Assembly (NCBI GenBank): GCA_034226945.1
Contig: CP120464.1
Span: 124,001-188,000, forward strand
DNA length: 64,000 nucleotides
Source: Picochlorum sp. SENEW3
Taxonomy: Eukaryota
Reading direction: 5' to 3'
A program made the position numbers and the translations under genes. The number at the start of each line of letters is the position of its first letter. Within the stretch, counting starts at the first letter, position 1. The notes below the pieces were generated by a model. That model did not search any database and had not been told where the DNA came from. It saw only the letters and a list, made by a program, of their open reading frames with translations. Shown piece by piece: positions 1 through 11,230 of this stretch.

Positions 1-792
1 ACGGAGGCCCAGATGTGGAAGGACGACCTTGATGATTTCTTGACAGCCTACAGTGCCTATGAGGAAGAAGAATACAGAAAGGTTCTCCTCCTCGAGCGAC
101 AGCAGGCGCAAGCTAGGAAAAAGGAGACCAAGAAGGCCAAGAATAGTAAAAAGAAAGGAAAGGGAAGGAAGAAAGCCAATGAGTGGTCTGATGATGAGAG
201 CGACCTCTCAGATGGAGAGTTTGATGATGAATTTGAGATTGTTGTTCCAAAGAGACCACCTCCTCCTAGGGGGGCAGTGCCAAAAATAATTGCAACAGAA
301 AAGGAGACGAGAAAACCAGCCACTAAGGCCTCTTCTTCAGCAAATTCCGCGTCTACTGTTGCTCCATCCGCACCGCCACCACCACCAGAGGAAGAAATGT
401 CATTGATGCAGCGAATGGCAATGAGAATGAATGGCTTGGATATCAACACCTCAGCCTCCACTGATACAACATCTGTATCCAATAAAAAGGTTACAAAGAG
501 AGCTCCACGTATCAAAAAAGCGAATAAAATAAATACAGTATCATTGGATGATGACAGTGATGATGAGGCAATGTCGTCTGCTCCAAGAAAGTCACGGGAA
601 GCATCATCAGATGAGGCCGTGCAAGAGGCTCCTGTCGTTCAGAGACAGCCGAGAAGACGTGCTGCCGCGGCCAAGGCTGTCTACGTTGACAGCGAGCCAG
701 AAGAAGAAGAAGACGAGCAAGGCGAAGTCTCCAGTGTCACATTTTCAAGCTCTGAGGAGGAGGAGGAGGAGGATTACTGCCCATCAGACTGA
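1..792 (+). CDS. TOP2: DNA topoisomerase II, C-terminal part (5' end outside window)
   Basis: Frame open from base 1. 'QMWKDDLDDFL' resembles the WxxDLDxF motif at the end of the eukaryotic topo II core, and is followed by the typical K-rich/acidic low-complexity tail. Stop TGA at 790-792. Confidence 0.7.
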   Translation, partial: TEAQMWKDDLDDFLTAYSAYEEEEYRKVLLLERQQAQARKKETKKAKNSKKKGKGRKKANEWSDDESDLSDGEFDDEFEIVVPKRPPPPRGAVPKIIATEKETRKPATKASSSANSASTVAPSAPPPPPEEEMSLMQRMAMRMNGLDINTSASTDTTSVSNKKVTKRAPRIKKANKINTVSLDDDSDDEAMSSAPRKSREASSDEAVQEAPVVQRQPRRRAAAAKAVYVDSEPEEEEDEQGEVSSVTFSSSEEEEEEDYCPSD

Positions 793-1890
793 AGGAACCC
801 AAGCAAATCTCCTGCTTTTCTAGGCACAGACTCCAAGAGTCGCTGCAATGCTTGTTTCCGAACACCTCCAAGCTTTTCTGCATACAAGCCCTTTGCATCT
901 GTTCTTTCAGCATATGAATATCCACTCTTCACCAAATCCAACACGGTATCAAATGTTAGGATCTTGATGAAATCCAATCTATTAAATTCCAGCTGATCGT
1001 CTAAAAAGTAATCAATAATACACGACTGGCCGTCCAATGTCAGGAGACCAGAATTGGACCCCGAAAAGAAATCCCATACACTGCCATCAATATACTGCTC
1101 ATCCCTATACTTGTACGTCCCATTCCCATCCAAAAAGAATGGAATATGAACAGAAGCCATGCACGCATCTATCAAATCCTCCCTCGACTCAAAGTCGCTC
1201 AAATACCTGAGCTGCATCCGAGGCATCCTTGTCGCAATAATCTTGACCCTATTCTGACAACATTCATGCGCATCCTCTGGAAGCAATTCCTCCAACCATC
1301 GCCTTACCAAGTCACCCCATATCCCAGCCAAACCCCCAGATCGATTCCAGATATCCGCCTCCACGCTAATATCGTACGCTTTTCGAACCGCCCTGTCCAG
1401 ACTCACCCCACTTGCTACCAGCACAGCACACAATGCTCCCGCACTCACACCGATCAAATCCACATCCCTGAGCCTATAATTCTCATTCAAATACTTCAAA
1501 ACGCCCTGAACACAACCAGAATGAAATGAAAACCAGGCACACATTCCTTGATCCATGCACAATCCGTCCACAACGTACAATTTCCCAGAAAAAGAAGACT
1601 CCGCCTCCTGCTATACCTAGGATTGGCTTGTTTTGAACTTGGGTGTATATCTGAGTGCGTTCAATGCCATCTTTGTCAGTATCCTCGGATGCTGTCCTTT
1701 CACCTCGTTTGAACGGAATGCTCAATGTTTTGCTAGTTGTCGCATACGAGGGCCTTAATCTATCTCTAATGAGTCTTTCATTCACATCAGAATGCGTATT
1801 ACCGCCAATGCCTCGCAATGGAGACGTGCGACGTTGACTCACCAGCTGTTGGGTACCACCCAAACTGCAGCCTGTGTGACTCAATTTCAT
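774..1890 (-). CDS. Patatin-like phospholipase/lipase (2 exons; intron 1506-1578)
   Basis: Spliced reading gives IAGGGVFFFWEI|GVLKYL (Gly-rich oxyanion loop), GVSAG nucleophile motif, ASVHIP and catalytic DG motif (YIDGS). Intron GTACGT...TTCAG, 73 nt. Confidence 0.88.
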
Positions 1891-1910
1891 CCTAGTTACT
1901 CATATACTAA

Positions 1911-3761
1911 TTATTCATGCATATCTAATTCGTCGTGCTCTACATAATGCTCGAGATCCAAGTCTGCAAATGATTCGTCTCGTCGCATCTGACTTGTTGA
2001 CCCTTGCCTTAAGACGGTTTCCATGGAGGGAGATTCTTCGATGAGGGGGAGCGGCGTCGACGATCTATGTGGAATAGCTATACTTGCAGTTTGATCGTCC
2101 TCTTGGAGTTGATGACCAATTAGCCAGGGGTGTGTGAGGGTCTCTGAAGCAGTCAGCCTGTCAGAGGGGTTGGGGGCCAGCAACTGTCGAATGAGGTCTT
2201 TTGCATCGTCGCTGATCGCCTCCCATCGCTGTACACAATACAATGGTTAGATACGTGCCTGTGTGAAACAATCAATAGCATTCATGTACACCTACCTTGC
2301 TCTGCATGCTACAGGTTCCGTGCAGAATAGAATGCTCAATATCAGCATCAGTCTGCCCTCCAAATGGAATACATCCGCTTAGCATGGCGTATAAACATAC
2401 ACCTAAACTCCAATCATCTATAGATAACGAATACTCTTCCCCTCGAACCACTTCTGGTGCCATATACTGAGATGTGCCACAGGGTGTGTGTGCTGTCCAT
2501 TCTGGGCAATAGTTCACCTTGGCCAAATCATAATCCATAATTTTGATGGCATTATACGTGGGCGATGTATCCTCTCCATTTCGTGGGGCTATATACATGA
2601 TATTCTCCGGCTTGATATCCCTATGGGCAATGCTCAGATAATGGAGATGGGCCACGCCAGATGCCATTTGCTCAAACACAACCTTTGCTCGCTCTTCAGG
2701 GATTCCATCTGTCCCATGAATGTCTTCATACAATTCTCCTCCTTCCATAAGATCAGTAACAATCTCTATTGTTCCGTTTGTATCGAAAAAAAAGTCCACC
2801 AAATCTGGAATAGCTGGATGTGGATCCTTGGCGCAAATCTGTAATATTCTCAACTCATTATGCATGGCACGAGTCGACTCTCTATTCGAATGAAGCCTGC
2901 TTTTCAACGCATACTTTTTCCCTGTAAACCGACTGTAGCATTCATGAACTTGGCAGGTTGCCCCATGGCCCCACACATCTCCCTTGATATAAAAATCCTC
3001 CACCCTTCGAAACAGACCAGGAACGTGGGACAGGCCCACAAACCACTGATCCTTTTCATCAGATGTTTCACATTTAAAGCATACATGGGACCCATCCGTC
3101 TCAATGATTGTAAATTCGCACTCTGCTGTCGACTCTAGGTGGGAGCCCACCAGCTGAATCTTTCTCACCGGCTCTCCCAAGCACGACTCCTCTGGAACAA
3201 CATTTCGAGATGTCGATGATTGAGGCGGGGCGATATACATGATCAATTTCCCCTTGCTTTGCTTGCACCACATCCGCACCCAGGATGAAAACCTACCTTG
3301 CTTCACCCTGCAGACACACACAGTGTTGGACACAAATCTCTCATTCACCACATGACAGACACAATGCATCACGTACTGACACAGTCCTTGCTTTCGAGGA
3401 GAAACAGCAGCCTTACGATCCTCATACGCTTTTGATTTAAACTCTATATCTCTTTCATAAAACGATCCAGGAATAGAACTCGAACCCCTTACTTTATTTG
3501 CCAACTGCTCCTTCAAGGTGGACCCATCCAAATCAGAACTCTTCCTACTATTCAACGTCCCATGACCTTCAAGCATCATATGATGGCCCTGATCAGACAC
3601 CCCATGCCCCTGCTGCTTGGGTGCTCCTCCTTCATCCTGCCAATACCACATGATTGTGTTCAATCACCGTCTCCTTCTCATCTCAAACTCATCGTGTATA
3701 CTGTAATGACAGTTTTCAAAGCACATACCCCTTTCTTTTTAAATAAATTCTTTAAAAACAT
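1911..3761 (-). CDS. PH-domain plus CAMK-group Ser/Thr protein kinase (introns 3637-3728, 3308-3376, 2229-2295)
   Basis: Exon 1 [19 protein letters not shown]-like segment [19 protein letters not shown]...EKDQWF. Kinase motifs [42 protein letters not shown]. All three GT-AG introns restore the frame. Confidence 0.88.
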
Positions 3762-3976
3762 GGCCACTCGACCTTCATGGAAAGGAATGTTCTACCCTAG
3801 GGAAATTCCAACTCCACCACCCAATTCCTTTACATAATCACTGTAAAAATACATTTGAATTATTTATGTAACAGCATGAGGGAACATGGCTGGGTCATAT
3901 GGGAATGGAATATTCGGTTTTCTTTCTTTTTTATTCTGTTCTTTTACGGAGAATTCCATGCATCTCGTGATCATGC

Positions 3977-5794
3977 ATGGCTCTCTCGACACACACATTT
4001 GTATCTCTGTTTTTTAATCCATTGGAAACCATGCATACAATGTTCGTGGGCCTGCGCCAGTCCTCCTCTCCACAGAGGTATTTGGTGTCGGGCCAATTGG
4101 CCACATCGTCTCGTATGAGGCTCTACGCGTTCCAAGGAATACCAATTTCCCATGTACATAGAAATAGAGTGTTTTTACGAAGTATAAAGAGATCTGTTCG
4201 GTTGTGGGCAGGACGGCAGGGTGTCGTCGTTGCTTCGGCAAAAGTCAAGAACCAAAAGGGTGGAGAAAAAGCATTGGAGCGGCAGGATACGACGGGGTGG
4301 ATTGATACGGTGCTCAAGCCTGTCTCTACATTGCACCGGAGACGTCGTGAAGATATCGAGGCGAATTTTCATGCGGCGACGGTCGCGAATCAGAGCCTTG
4401 GTGGGGCTCAGCAGACAAGGACGCAGTGGACACTGTTCATGGTGGGTATGGCGACGCTTGCGGTCGCCACTGGTTCATTAGTTTATCGAATATATAAAGT
4501 AATGGTGCGACGAAGGGACTCATCGGTTCCCCGTGATGTGAGCGAGGAAAGTATGTCATCCATGGATGATAGAACTATTTCCGCCATGGCCCCACTGTTG
4601 CTGGCAGCTGAGACGGGGGCAGAGGTTGATGAGACGGATACCATGTCGTCGGATGATTTGGTAGAATTAGAAGTGAATCTAAGAACATTGATTACCAGTA
4701 TGGACGCGCAGTTGAATGAGCTGAAAGAGTCTTTGCAGGAGACGGTGTTGCCTGCAGAGGCTTTGGAAGAGCTGGATACTATGATGCTGGAGGATGGGAT
4801 GGAGTGGGAAGAGTTTGCATTATATGCCCGATATTGTTCGGATGAAGAGAAGAGGACGTATCGGTCGTTGTTGTTCAATAGGTCTGTACAGAGTAAGTTG
4901 TTGGAGCAGGTGGAACGGCAGATGAGCTCGAGGAATTCAGATTCGCTGGATGAGATGTGCGATGAAGGTAATACTGAGAGTGCTAAAGGTAATAATGGAG
5001 TAGGAACAGTTCGAGTTGCAGTTGCAGGAGCTACAGAGCCGCATGCACACAAGGCAGAGACTGGAGGGGAGGATGCCTTCTTTGCAGATAATGATCTAAT
5101 GGTGTTTGGTATTGCTGATGGCGTTGGTGGATGGGCGACTTCTGGAATCGATCCAGCAGAGTATTCGAGAGAATTGATTGCCAAGTGTGAGGCTTTTGCG
5201 CAAGGGAATAGAAATGCGAGGCAGATTTTGGAGAAGGCATTCTCTGAGACAGATGTTCCTGGGAGTTGTACCATTATCCTTGCAAAATATGTCGATTCGA
5301 ATTTAGATGTAGTTTCTTTAGGAGATTGCAGCATGCGGCTATTGCGTGATGGAAAAGTGCTCTACAGTACAGATATTCAAGAGCATGCGTGGAACCAACC
5401 CTTCCAGTTGTCAAGTCCCTCGTTCAATCGAGCAAATCTGCCACATGACGCTCTCGAGTATAATTTTGATATTCAGGCCGGGGATATTGCTGTACTAGGG
5501 TCGGATGGGTTCTGGGATAATATATGGGATGAAGAGATGGAGGAGGCCATTGCTGCAGGGATTGCAGCAGGGGATGGTTGCCATGGGGATGCTGGGTGGC
5601 AGCTTGTTGCAGAGGATGTTTCCCAAAGGTTGGTGCAATTGGCAGAAGAGCATTCTATCGATGCCGCATATGAATCGCCGTTTGCCGATGAAAAGCAAAA
5701 GCTGGAGACCCCCGCCATACTGCAGAGATTCATGCCTCCTGGAGTGGGAGGAAAGATGGATGATATTACGGTTGTAGTTGCTTGCTTCTTTTGA
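3977..5794 (+). CDS. PP2C phosphatase, PTC7/PBCP-like, with long N-terminal extension (transit peptide-like, one hydrophobic segment, acidic helical region)
   Basis: GGEDAFF, GIADGVGGW, GSCT, LGDC, LGSDGFWDN, GGKMDDITVVV. Start codon could be 3977 or a slightly downstream Met. Confidence 0.88.
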   Translation: MALSTHTFVSLFFNPLETMHTMFVGLRQSSSPQRYLVSGQLATSSRMRLYAFQGIPISHVHRNRVFLRSIKRSVRLWAGRQGVVVASAKVKNQKGGEKALERQDTTGWIDTVLKPVSTLHRRRREDIEANFHAATVANQSLGGAQQTRTQWTLFMVGMATLAVATGSLVYRIYKVMVRRRDSSVPRDVSEESMSSMDDRTISAMAPLLLAAETGAEVDETDTMSSDDLVELEVNLRTLITSMDAQLNELKESLQETVLPAEALEELDTMMLEDGMEWEEFALYARYCSDEEKRTYRSLLFNRSVQSKLLEQVERQMSSRNSDSLDEMCDEGNTESAKGNNGVGTVRVAVAGATEPHAHKAETGGEDAFFADNDLMVFGIADGVGGWATSGIDPAEYSRELIAKCEAFAQGNRNARQILEKAFSETDVPGSCTIILAKYVDSNLDVVSLGDCSMRLLRDGKVLYSTDIQEHAWNQPFQLSSPSFNRANLPHDALEYNFDIQAGDIAVLGSDGFWDNIWDEEMEEAIAAGIAAGDGCHGDAGWQLVAEDVSQRLVQLAEEHSIDAAYESPFADEKQKLETPAILQRFMPPGVGGKMDDITVVVACFF

Positions 5795-6071
5795 TAAAAC
5801 TTTTGTACTTCACTCATCAATTACACGAAAACTCTACAGATAAATGCTTCAATACAATACAATTGTAATGCCTGTCAAAAACAGAAAACAGAATAGGATA
5901 GAAATCAAAATGTTGCATGAATGCTACAGCAAAGCTACTAAACTGGTTTGCTCTAATTCAAAGTCCTCTGATACAATGTGCCGATCGATGAAACCAAATG
6001 CAATCTTGTACACTATTTGTACTAGCAAGTGGTGAGTGACATTGATATGGAATCTGTGTCAAGGGATTCCC

Positions 6072-7415
6072 TCAGTCACCTTGTGTATGCCCAGACACAT
6101 TGTCCACAACAGAGTCAGACAAACCCGAAGATAGTGGGCTCAGAATGCTACTATTTGCCAAGTTAGTATATGGTGAGGGATGCTGACTATTCATCGTCTC
6201 CCATGCAAGTAATACCTCAAGTGATCTCTCGCCTCCTTGATCCGTGCCATGAAGCGCTTCCTTGGCAGCAACGGCAGAAGGACAGTCTACGAAACTGACG
6301 TGACCAAGAGAAGATGTCTCGGAAGATTCTGTCAGGGTGACTGAAAGAATTGCTCCATATGGAGCAAATTTTTCGTACAACCATAATTTCCCCCCTTCTG
6401 TGGGGACACTCTTCACTTGCAATGTCCATGGCAAGGCTCGTGTTCCCTGATGCTGTCCTTTCGTCACACCCTCCAAGACTCTATCGAAATTTGTCGCAAG
6501 TGCCTCTAGGTTGGTCTCTGACGCATGAGGTGCCGGGGGAAGCACAGCCAGAGGATCTGACAATGACCCAGACCCATGGGACTGCATTCCAGGCAATGAC
6601 CCAGATCCATGGGACTGCATTCCAGGCAATGACCCAGATCCCTGTGTTTGCATTATTGGTAATGTCCCAGATCCCTGTGTTTGCATTATCGGTAATGATC
6701 CAGATCCATGCGATTCCAATGGGGATGGAGTCGGCAACGAACCATGCAGCTGCATCATCGCCATACGCAAAGCCGCATCATTCTGCATCACCGCATTCCT
6801 CATATGCTTTCCCTTCAGCCCCTTCCTATTCATTTTTGCTGCCTTTTCTGCCGGACTGTCAGCAAATCGCACCACCAATGGCTGCAAACACCCAGGAAAC
6901 ACTGCATCATTCATGGCTGTTATAGCCTGACGTGCATTCTCCACAGAAGAATACCGGATCAAAGCCCCAGTTCCTTTATACTGAGCAGTGCTCGCAAAAT
7001 ATTTCATATCCAGAATAGATCCAAAGTTTGAAAATGTCTTTACAATCTCGTCGTTTGGAAATCCCGATGGTAACCCTCTGATATACACCCACTCACACTC
7101 ACTCTGCCCGCTGTGAAGTTTTGGAGCCATATCTGCGTCCGCCAATTTCACAATCATCGTCTGCCCCATTAATATGCTAGATCTTGGTTGATCATTCAAA
7201 GCTAAATACGCAGAATGCGTGTTTATAAAGCGAACAAAAGCGTGCGAGTGCAGACCAGCGCCTTGGGACGACGCTGAGCACACTCGAACACTGCATATCT
7301 CTCCATACACCCCGAAATGCTGCTTCAAGATATGCTCATCACAATCAGGTGGTAAAGGCTTGACAAATAGGTTCGGATGAGGTAAAAGAAGTGCAATGTT
7401 CTGCGGCGACGCCAT
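6072..7415 (-). CDS. RNA-binding protein with three RRM domains (ELAV/CELF-like layout)
   Basis: RNP motifs NLFVKPLP/HAFVRF, VYIRGLP/GALIRY, PLVVRFADS, and a third C-terminal RRM (FAPYGAILSV/GHVSF). First ATG at 7415. Confidence 0.82.
   Translation of the reverse strand: MASPQNIALLLPHPNLFVKPLPPDCDEHILKQHFGVYGEICSVRVCSASSQGAGLHSHAFVRFINTHSAYLALNDQPRSSILMGQTMIVKLADADMAPKLHSGQSECEWVYIRGLPSGFPNDEIVKTFSNFGSILDMKYFASTAQYKGTGALIRYSSVENARQAITAMNDAVFPGCLQPLVVRFADSPAEKAAKMNRKGLKGKHMRNAVMQNDAALRMAMMQLHGSLPTPSPLESHGSGSLPIMQTQGSGTLPIMQTQGSGSLPGMQSHGSGSLPGMQSHGSGSLSDPLAVLPPAPHASETNLEALATNFDRVLEGVTKGQHQGTRALPWTLQVKSVPTEGGKLWLYEKFAPYGAILSVTLTESSETSSLGHVSFVDCPSAVAAKEALHGTDQGGERSLEVLLAWETMNSQHPSPYTNLANSSILSPLSSGLSDSVVDNVSGHTQGD
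6562..6712. repeat. 33-bp coding tandem repeat, about 4.5 copies, encoding (S/T)(H/Q)GSG(S/T)LP(I/G)MQ
   Basis: Units such as gacccagatccatgggactgcattccaggcaat are visible in tandem within the RRM linker. Confidence 0.92.
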
Positions 7416-7851
7416 CGAACATAACCACACTCGTTCGTATCACTCCTTGTCCTATTTCAATGCCATGCACATCAAATAAACTCGTTTATAAATACTTTCT
7501 TCATCCAAGAGAGGATCGGTGGCATAAACTCGTGTTTCGGGGGGGCTGGTCATCCTATGAATAATAATAGTGTACGGTAGGAGCCCGGTGTTATCCGGTA
7601 GGGTCGGTGGTTTCTAGGGTTGATGGGTGGGTGTTTCAGGGATGAAAACAGATGCGCAAAAATCATTCAACTTCGACTGTGTTTTCTGTTTGGTCTCCTG
7701 TGTTCATATGAATGTGTTTTTCAACAATAGATGTGGCGACCGGGAAGATTCCTCACATGGTGTGATGGATGACACCATCCATCACACCCCCTGTGACACA
7801 CACACAAACCTACCACTGTCCTACCCAAATACAGGGGTTGTTATATATATA

Positions 7852-10800
7852 TTACATGAGCTGTGGAGCTTCTCTCCTAAATGCTTTTTCTGTGGATTCC
7901 TCCAGGATCCTTTTGATTTCATTCTTGGCCTTTTTCACAATGTCTGGAGAGGCTCCTTCAATCAAAAGATAGAGCTTGCGCTGATCAGCAGGGATGTGAG
8001 TGCCAGGCTTAACATATCGTCCCTTTACGATAACACTCGCAGCAAACTGTTCCGATAGTGTTCGGAGGGTTTCTCTATGTGTAACTTTCCAGCGAGCATG
8101 TTGAGGGAAGTCGTTGATTTCCAACTCTGCCTTGTAAAAGGTTTCCTCTGCTGCCTGAGTTCCTGCAAGAGATGTGGTTGGAGCAGCTCCCATGGCTTCC
8201 AGTGCGGCCTTGGCAGCTGCTTTGATGTCTTTCGCTGGACCTGATGGAGCAGCCTGCTTGAGGGCGAGGCTTTTAGAAGCGGCCATCGCAGCTGCTCGTG
8301 CTGCAGCAAGTGCAGATGCTGACGCTGCTCCAGATGATGGCTGTTCTTGAGGAGGAGCAACAGGCTGTTGCTTCGGTGGTTGAACTGCTGCACTGCTGCC
8401 AGACATGAGTTTCTGCGCCACAGCGTGAGCGGTTTTGATCTGTGCTTGGACCGCAGGATCAAACTTTTTCTGCATCAGACGCAAAAGGGATGAATAAAAG
8501 ATGCACATTTGAAGTGGATGTGTATGGATACAACACAACGTACCATTTCCTCTTGTTGATCGATCGTTGGCTGTGGAGCTACGACTTCGGTTGATGGGCC
8601 GACAGTCTCAACCCGACCCTCCTCCTCCTCATCACTTGATTCAATGATGCCATACTCCTTTGCTGCCGTGGACTTGCGCTGTGCCTTCACCATATCCTCC
8701 TCTTCCTTACTAAATTTGAAACCACTTCCACCAAATCCTGAAGCATGTGCTTTTGCGAGCCCCGCTTTTCTCTTTGTAATAAACTGCTGGGCCATGGTGG
8801 CCAAATCCTTGGGGATGGTGGCGCCACTCTCCTTGAGAGCCTTGACCAAGTCAGGGGCATATTGCTCCTCATCAGGGGCGATGAATGTCACGGCAGTACC
8901 TTTTCTTCCGGCTCTCCCTGTTCTACCTACACGATGTACGTATTCTTCATGGTGATTCGGGCAGTCATAGTTGACCACCAGGACAAGTTCTTTCACGTCC
9001 AATCCTCTTGCCGCCACAGATGTGGCAATGAGAACATTGCACACGCTGGATTTGAAGTCCGAAATAGTTGACTCTCTATCAGATTGATCCTTTCCTCCAT
9101 GAAGGGACAAACATGGGTACCCAGCTTTCAGTAGATCTCGAAACAGGCCATCACACCGGTCCTGTGACGACACAAACACCAACAATTTCCCCTTCTCATA
9201 CCATTCTCCTAACAGCTGCAGCAGCCTTAGAAAACGATCTTCTTCTGGCCTAATTTCTATAATCTGCGTGATGTCCGAGTTCACAACAGAACGTCCTCCT
9301 AATTGAATCTCTACAGGATTGGTCAACACTTTTCTCGCAAGACTTTCCACACTCCTCGGGAATGTTGCAGAGAACAGAACAGTCTGTCTATCAGGTCTAA
9401 TATTGTTCACTATACGCATAATTTGAGGCTCAAAGCCCATATCAAACATCCTATCCGCCTCATCCATGACGAGAAAAGTGACCCGGGTAAGATTGGTAAT
9501 CTTTCCAGGTCCAGATGCTAGAATATCAATCATTCTTCCTGGTGTACACACAACAATCTCTGTACCACGTTTCAATTCTGAAATCTGAGCTGCAATACCC
9601 GATCCACCGTACACACAGGTACAGCGAATCCCTAAAGGCTTGGCAAATCTCTTCACCTCTTTCCCAATCTGTGTCACAAGTTCCCTCGTTGGCGCCATGA
9701 TAATCCCGATTGGACCATCCCCAGTCTTCAGCGCTGGCTGATCCTTTACATGACGGAGCATTGGAAGGACAAACGCCAGCGTCTTACCTGAACCAGTTTT
9801 CGCGACACCTATACAATCCCTGCCACCCATGATGACGGGCACAGCTTGAGCTTGGATTGGAAGGGGCGACTCAAACTCATGCCTCTTCAATACATCAAGA
9901 ATCCGACTACTAAGACCAGCTTGAATCCACGATTTGATGGGCTTGGGAACATGTTTCCCGCGCACTTTAATGCCATCCAAAGTCTTCCTATACTCTGCAA
10001 CCTGCTCATCCGTCATGCGCTGCAGCTCTGGAACCTCAATATAAAAATTCCTTCTAAATGGTGGATATGACATTGTACTATGATCCACAACGCCCATCTT
10101 ATCACCTTTCGAAAGTTTTCCCGCACGAACACGCCTCGCCCATTCCTCATCATCGATCTCCTCTCCACTCTCGCTCAACACCTCCTCCTCCGATTCTTCA
10201 TCAAAATCCTCCCTCCGCCGTCGTCGCCGCCCCTTCACTTCCTCCTTCTCTTCGTCTACTCGTCCTTCCCCATTCTCATCTACCGCACCTTCAACAACCT
10301 GTGGCATCACCTCTTGCTCCATGAACGCATCCAAAGGATCAATCTCCTTGTCTGAACCCTCCTCACCAGTCATTCTCACTGCTATACCCACCGCATTCTC
10401 CTTCTTCACCTTGTTTTTCTCCCTGCCACGCCCCACCAAAGAATCAAACCCATCTTCCTCTTCCTTCTTCATCGTCCCTCCCAACTCCCCCAACCGAGGC
10501 AAGTGCTTCCCATCCTCTAATGACAACACCTTGGAATTAAACCCACCACCGTCCTCATCCGACTGAAAACCGTCCTCATCCTCCAACGTCCACGCCTTCT
10601 TCTTCTTTCCATCATCCTCTTTCTCTCCTTCTATCTGCTCTTCTATAGTCCCCTGCTTCTCTTCCACATCTTCCACAGCCCGCCGCTCCTCCTCTTCCTG
10701 CTGCTTCTGCTTCAACTGTTGCCTCTGTCTCCATGCATCCATCCGTCGACGTTTCTTCTCCCTCTCCATCTTCCTATGATCCTCCTCGGCCCCTCCACCA

Positions 10801-10877
10801 GATTGCTCCGCCTCCCTCTGCCTCCCAGACGTCGACGACAACGTTTGCAGCGTATTCTTCCTCTTCTTCTGCATCAT
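7852..10877 (-). CDS. PRP5: DEAD-box RNA helicase Prp5/DDX46 (intron 8470-8543)
   Basis: DPLDAFM motif, AKTGSGKT, PTREL, DEAD, SAT, HRVGRTGRAG, and the Prp5-type C-terminus ELEINDFPQHARWKVT...KLYLLIEG. Confidence 0.95.
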
Positions 10878-11230
10878 TCGATCGACACACCTTCTTCTCT
10901 CTCTCCCCTTCGTCTTCTCCCTCCTCTACGTAATCCACCGACCAATTTGATATTCATTATTAATATTCAAATGTTCCAGCGGCATGAGTCGAGCGTACAA
11001 AAACACATCTGTCCATACACGTCCCTATATAAAACATTAAAATAATATTCATACAGATCCATACAGGTCCACATTCATTCACCTAGATATCAATGTATTT
11101 ACTGTATTTTTTATCAATATGGATATACTAGCAACATAGAAGGCGCTGCAGTCGAACTATTACTTTCTTCCTTTTTCACCAGCAGCAGACTGCAGACTTT
11201 CCTGGCACAAAAAAAGCAAGTTTCCAGAGT

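Noticed and set aside
7627..7851. Possible extra terminal PRP5 exon or a + strand 143-aa ORF
   Set aside because: No spliced extension gave a Prp5-like C-terminus, the TGTAA at the stop supports termination at 7852, and the + ORF has no recognisable features.
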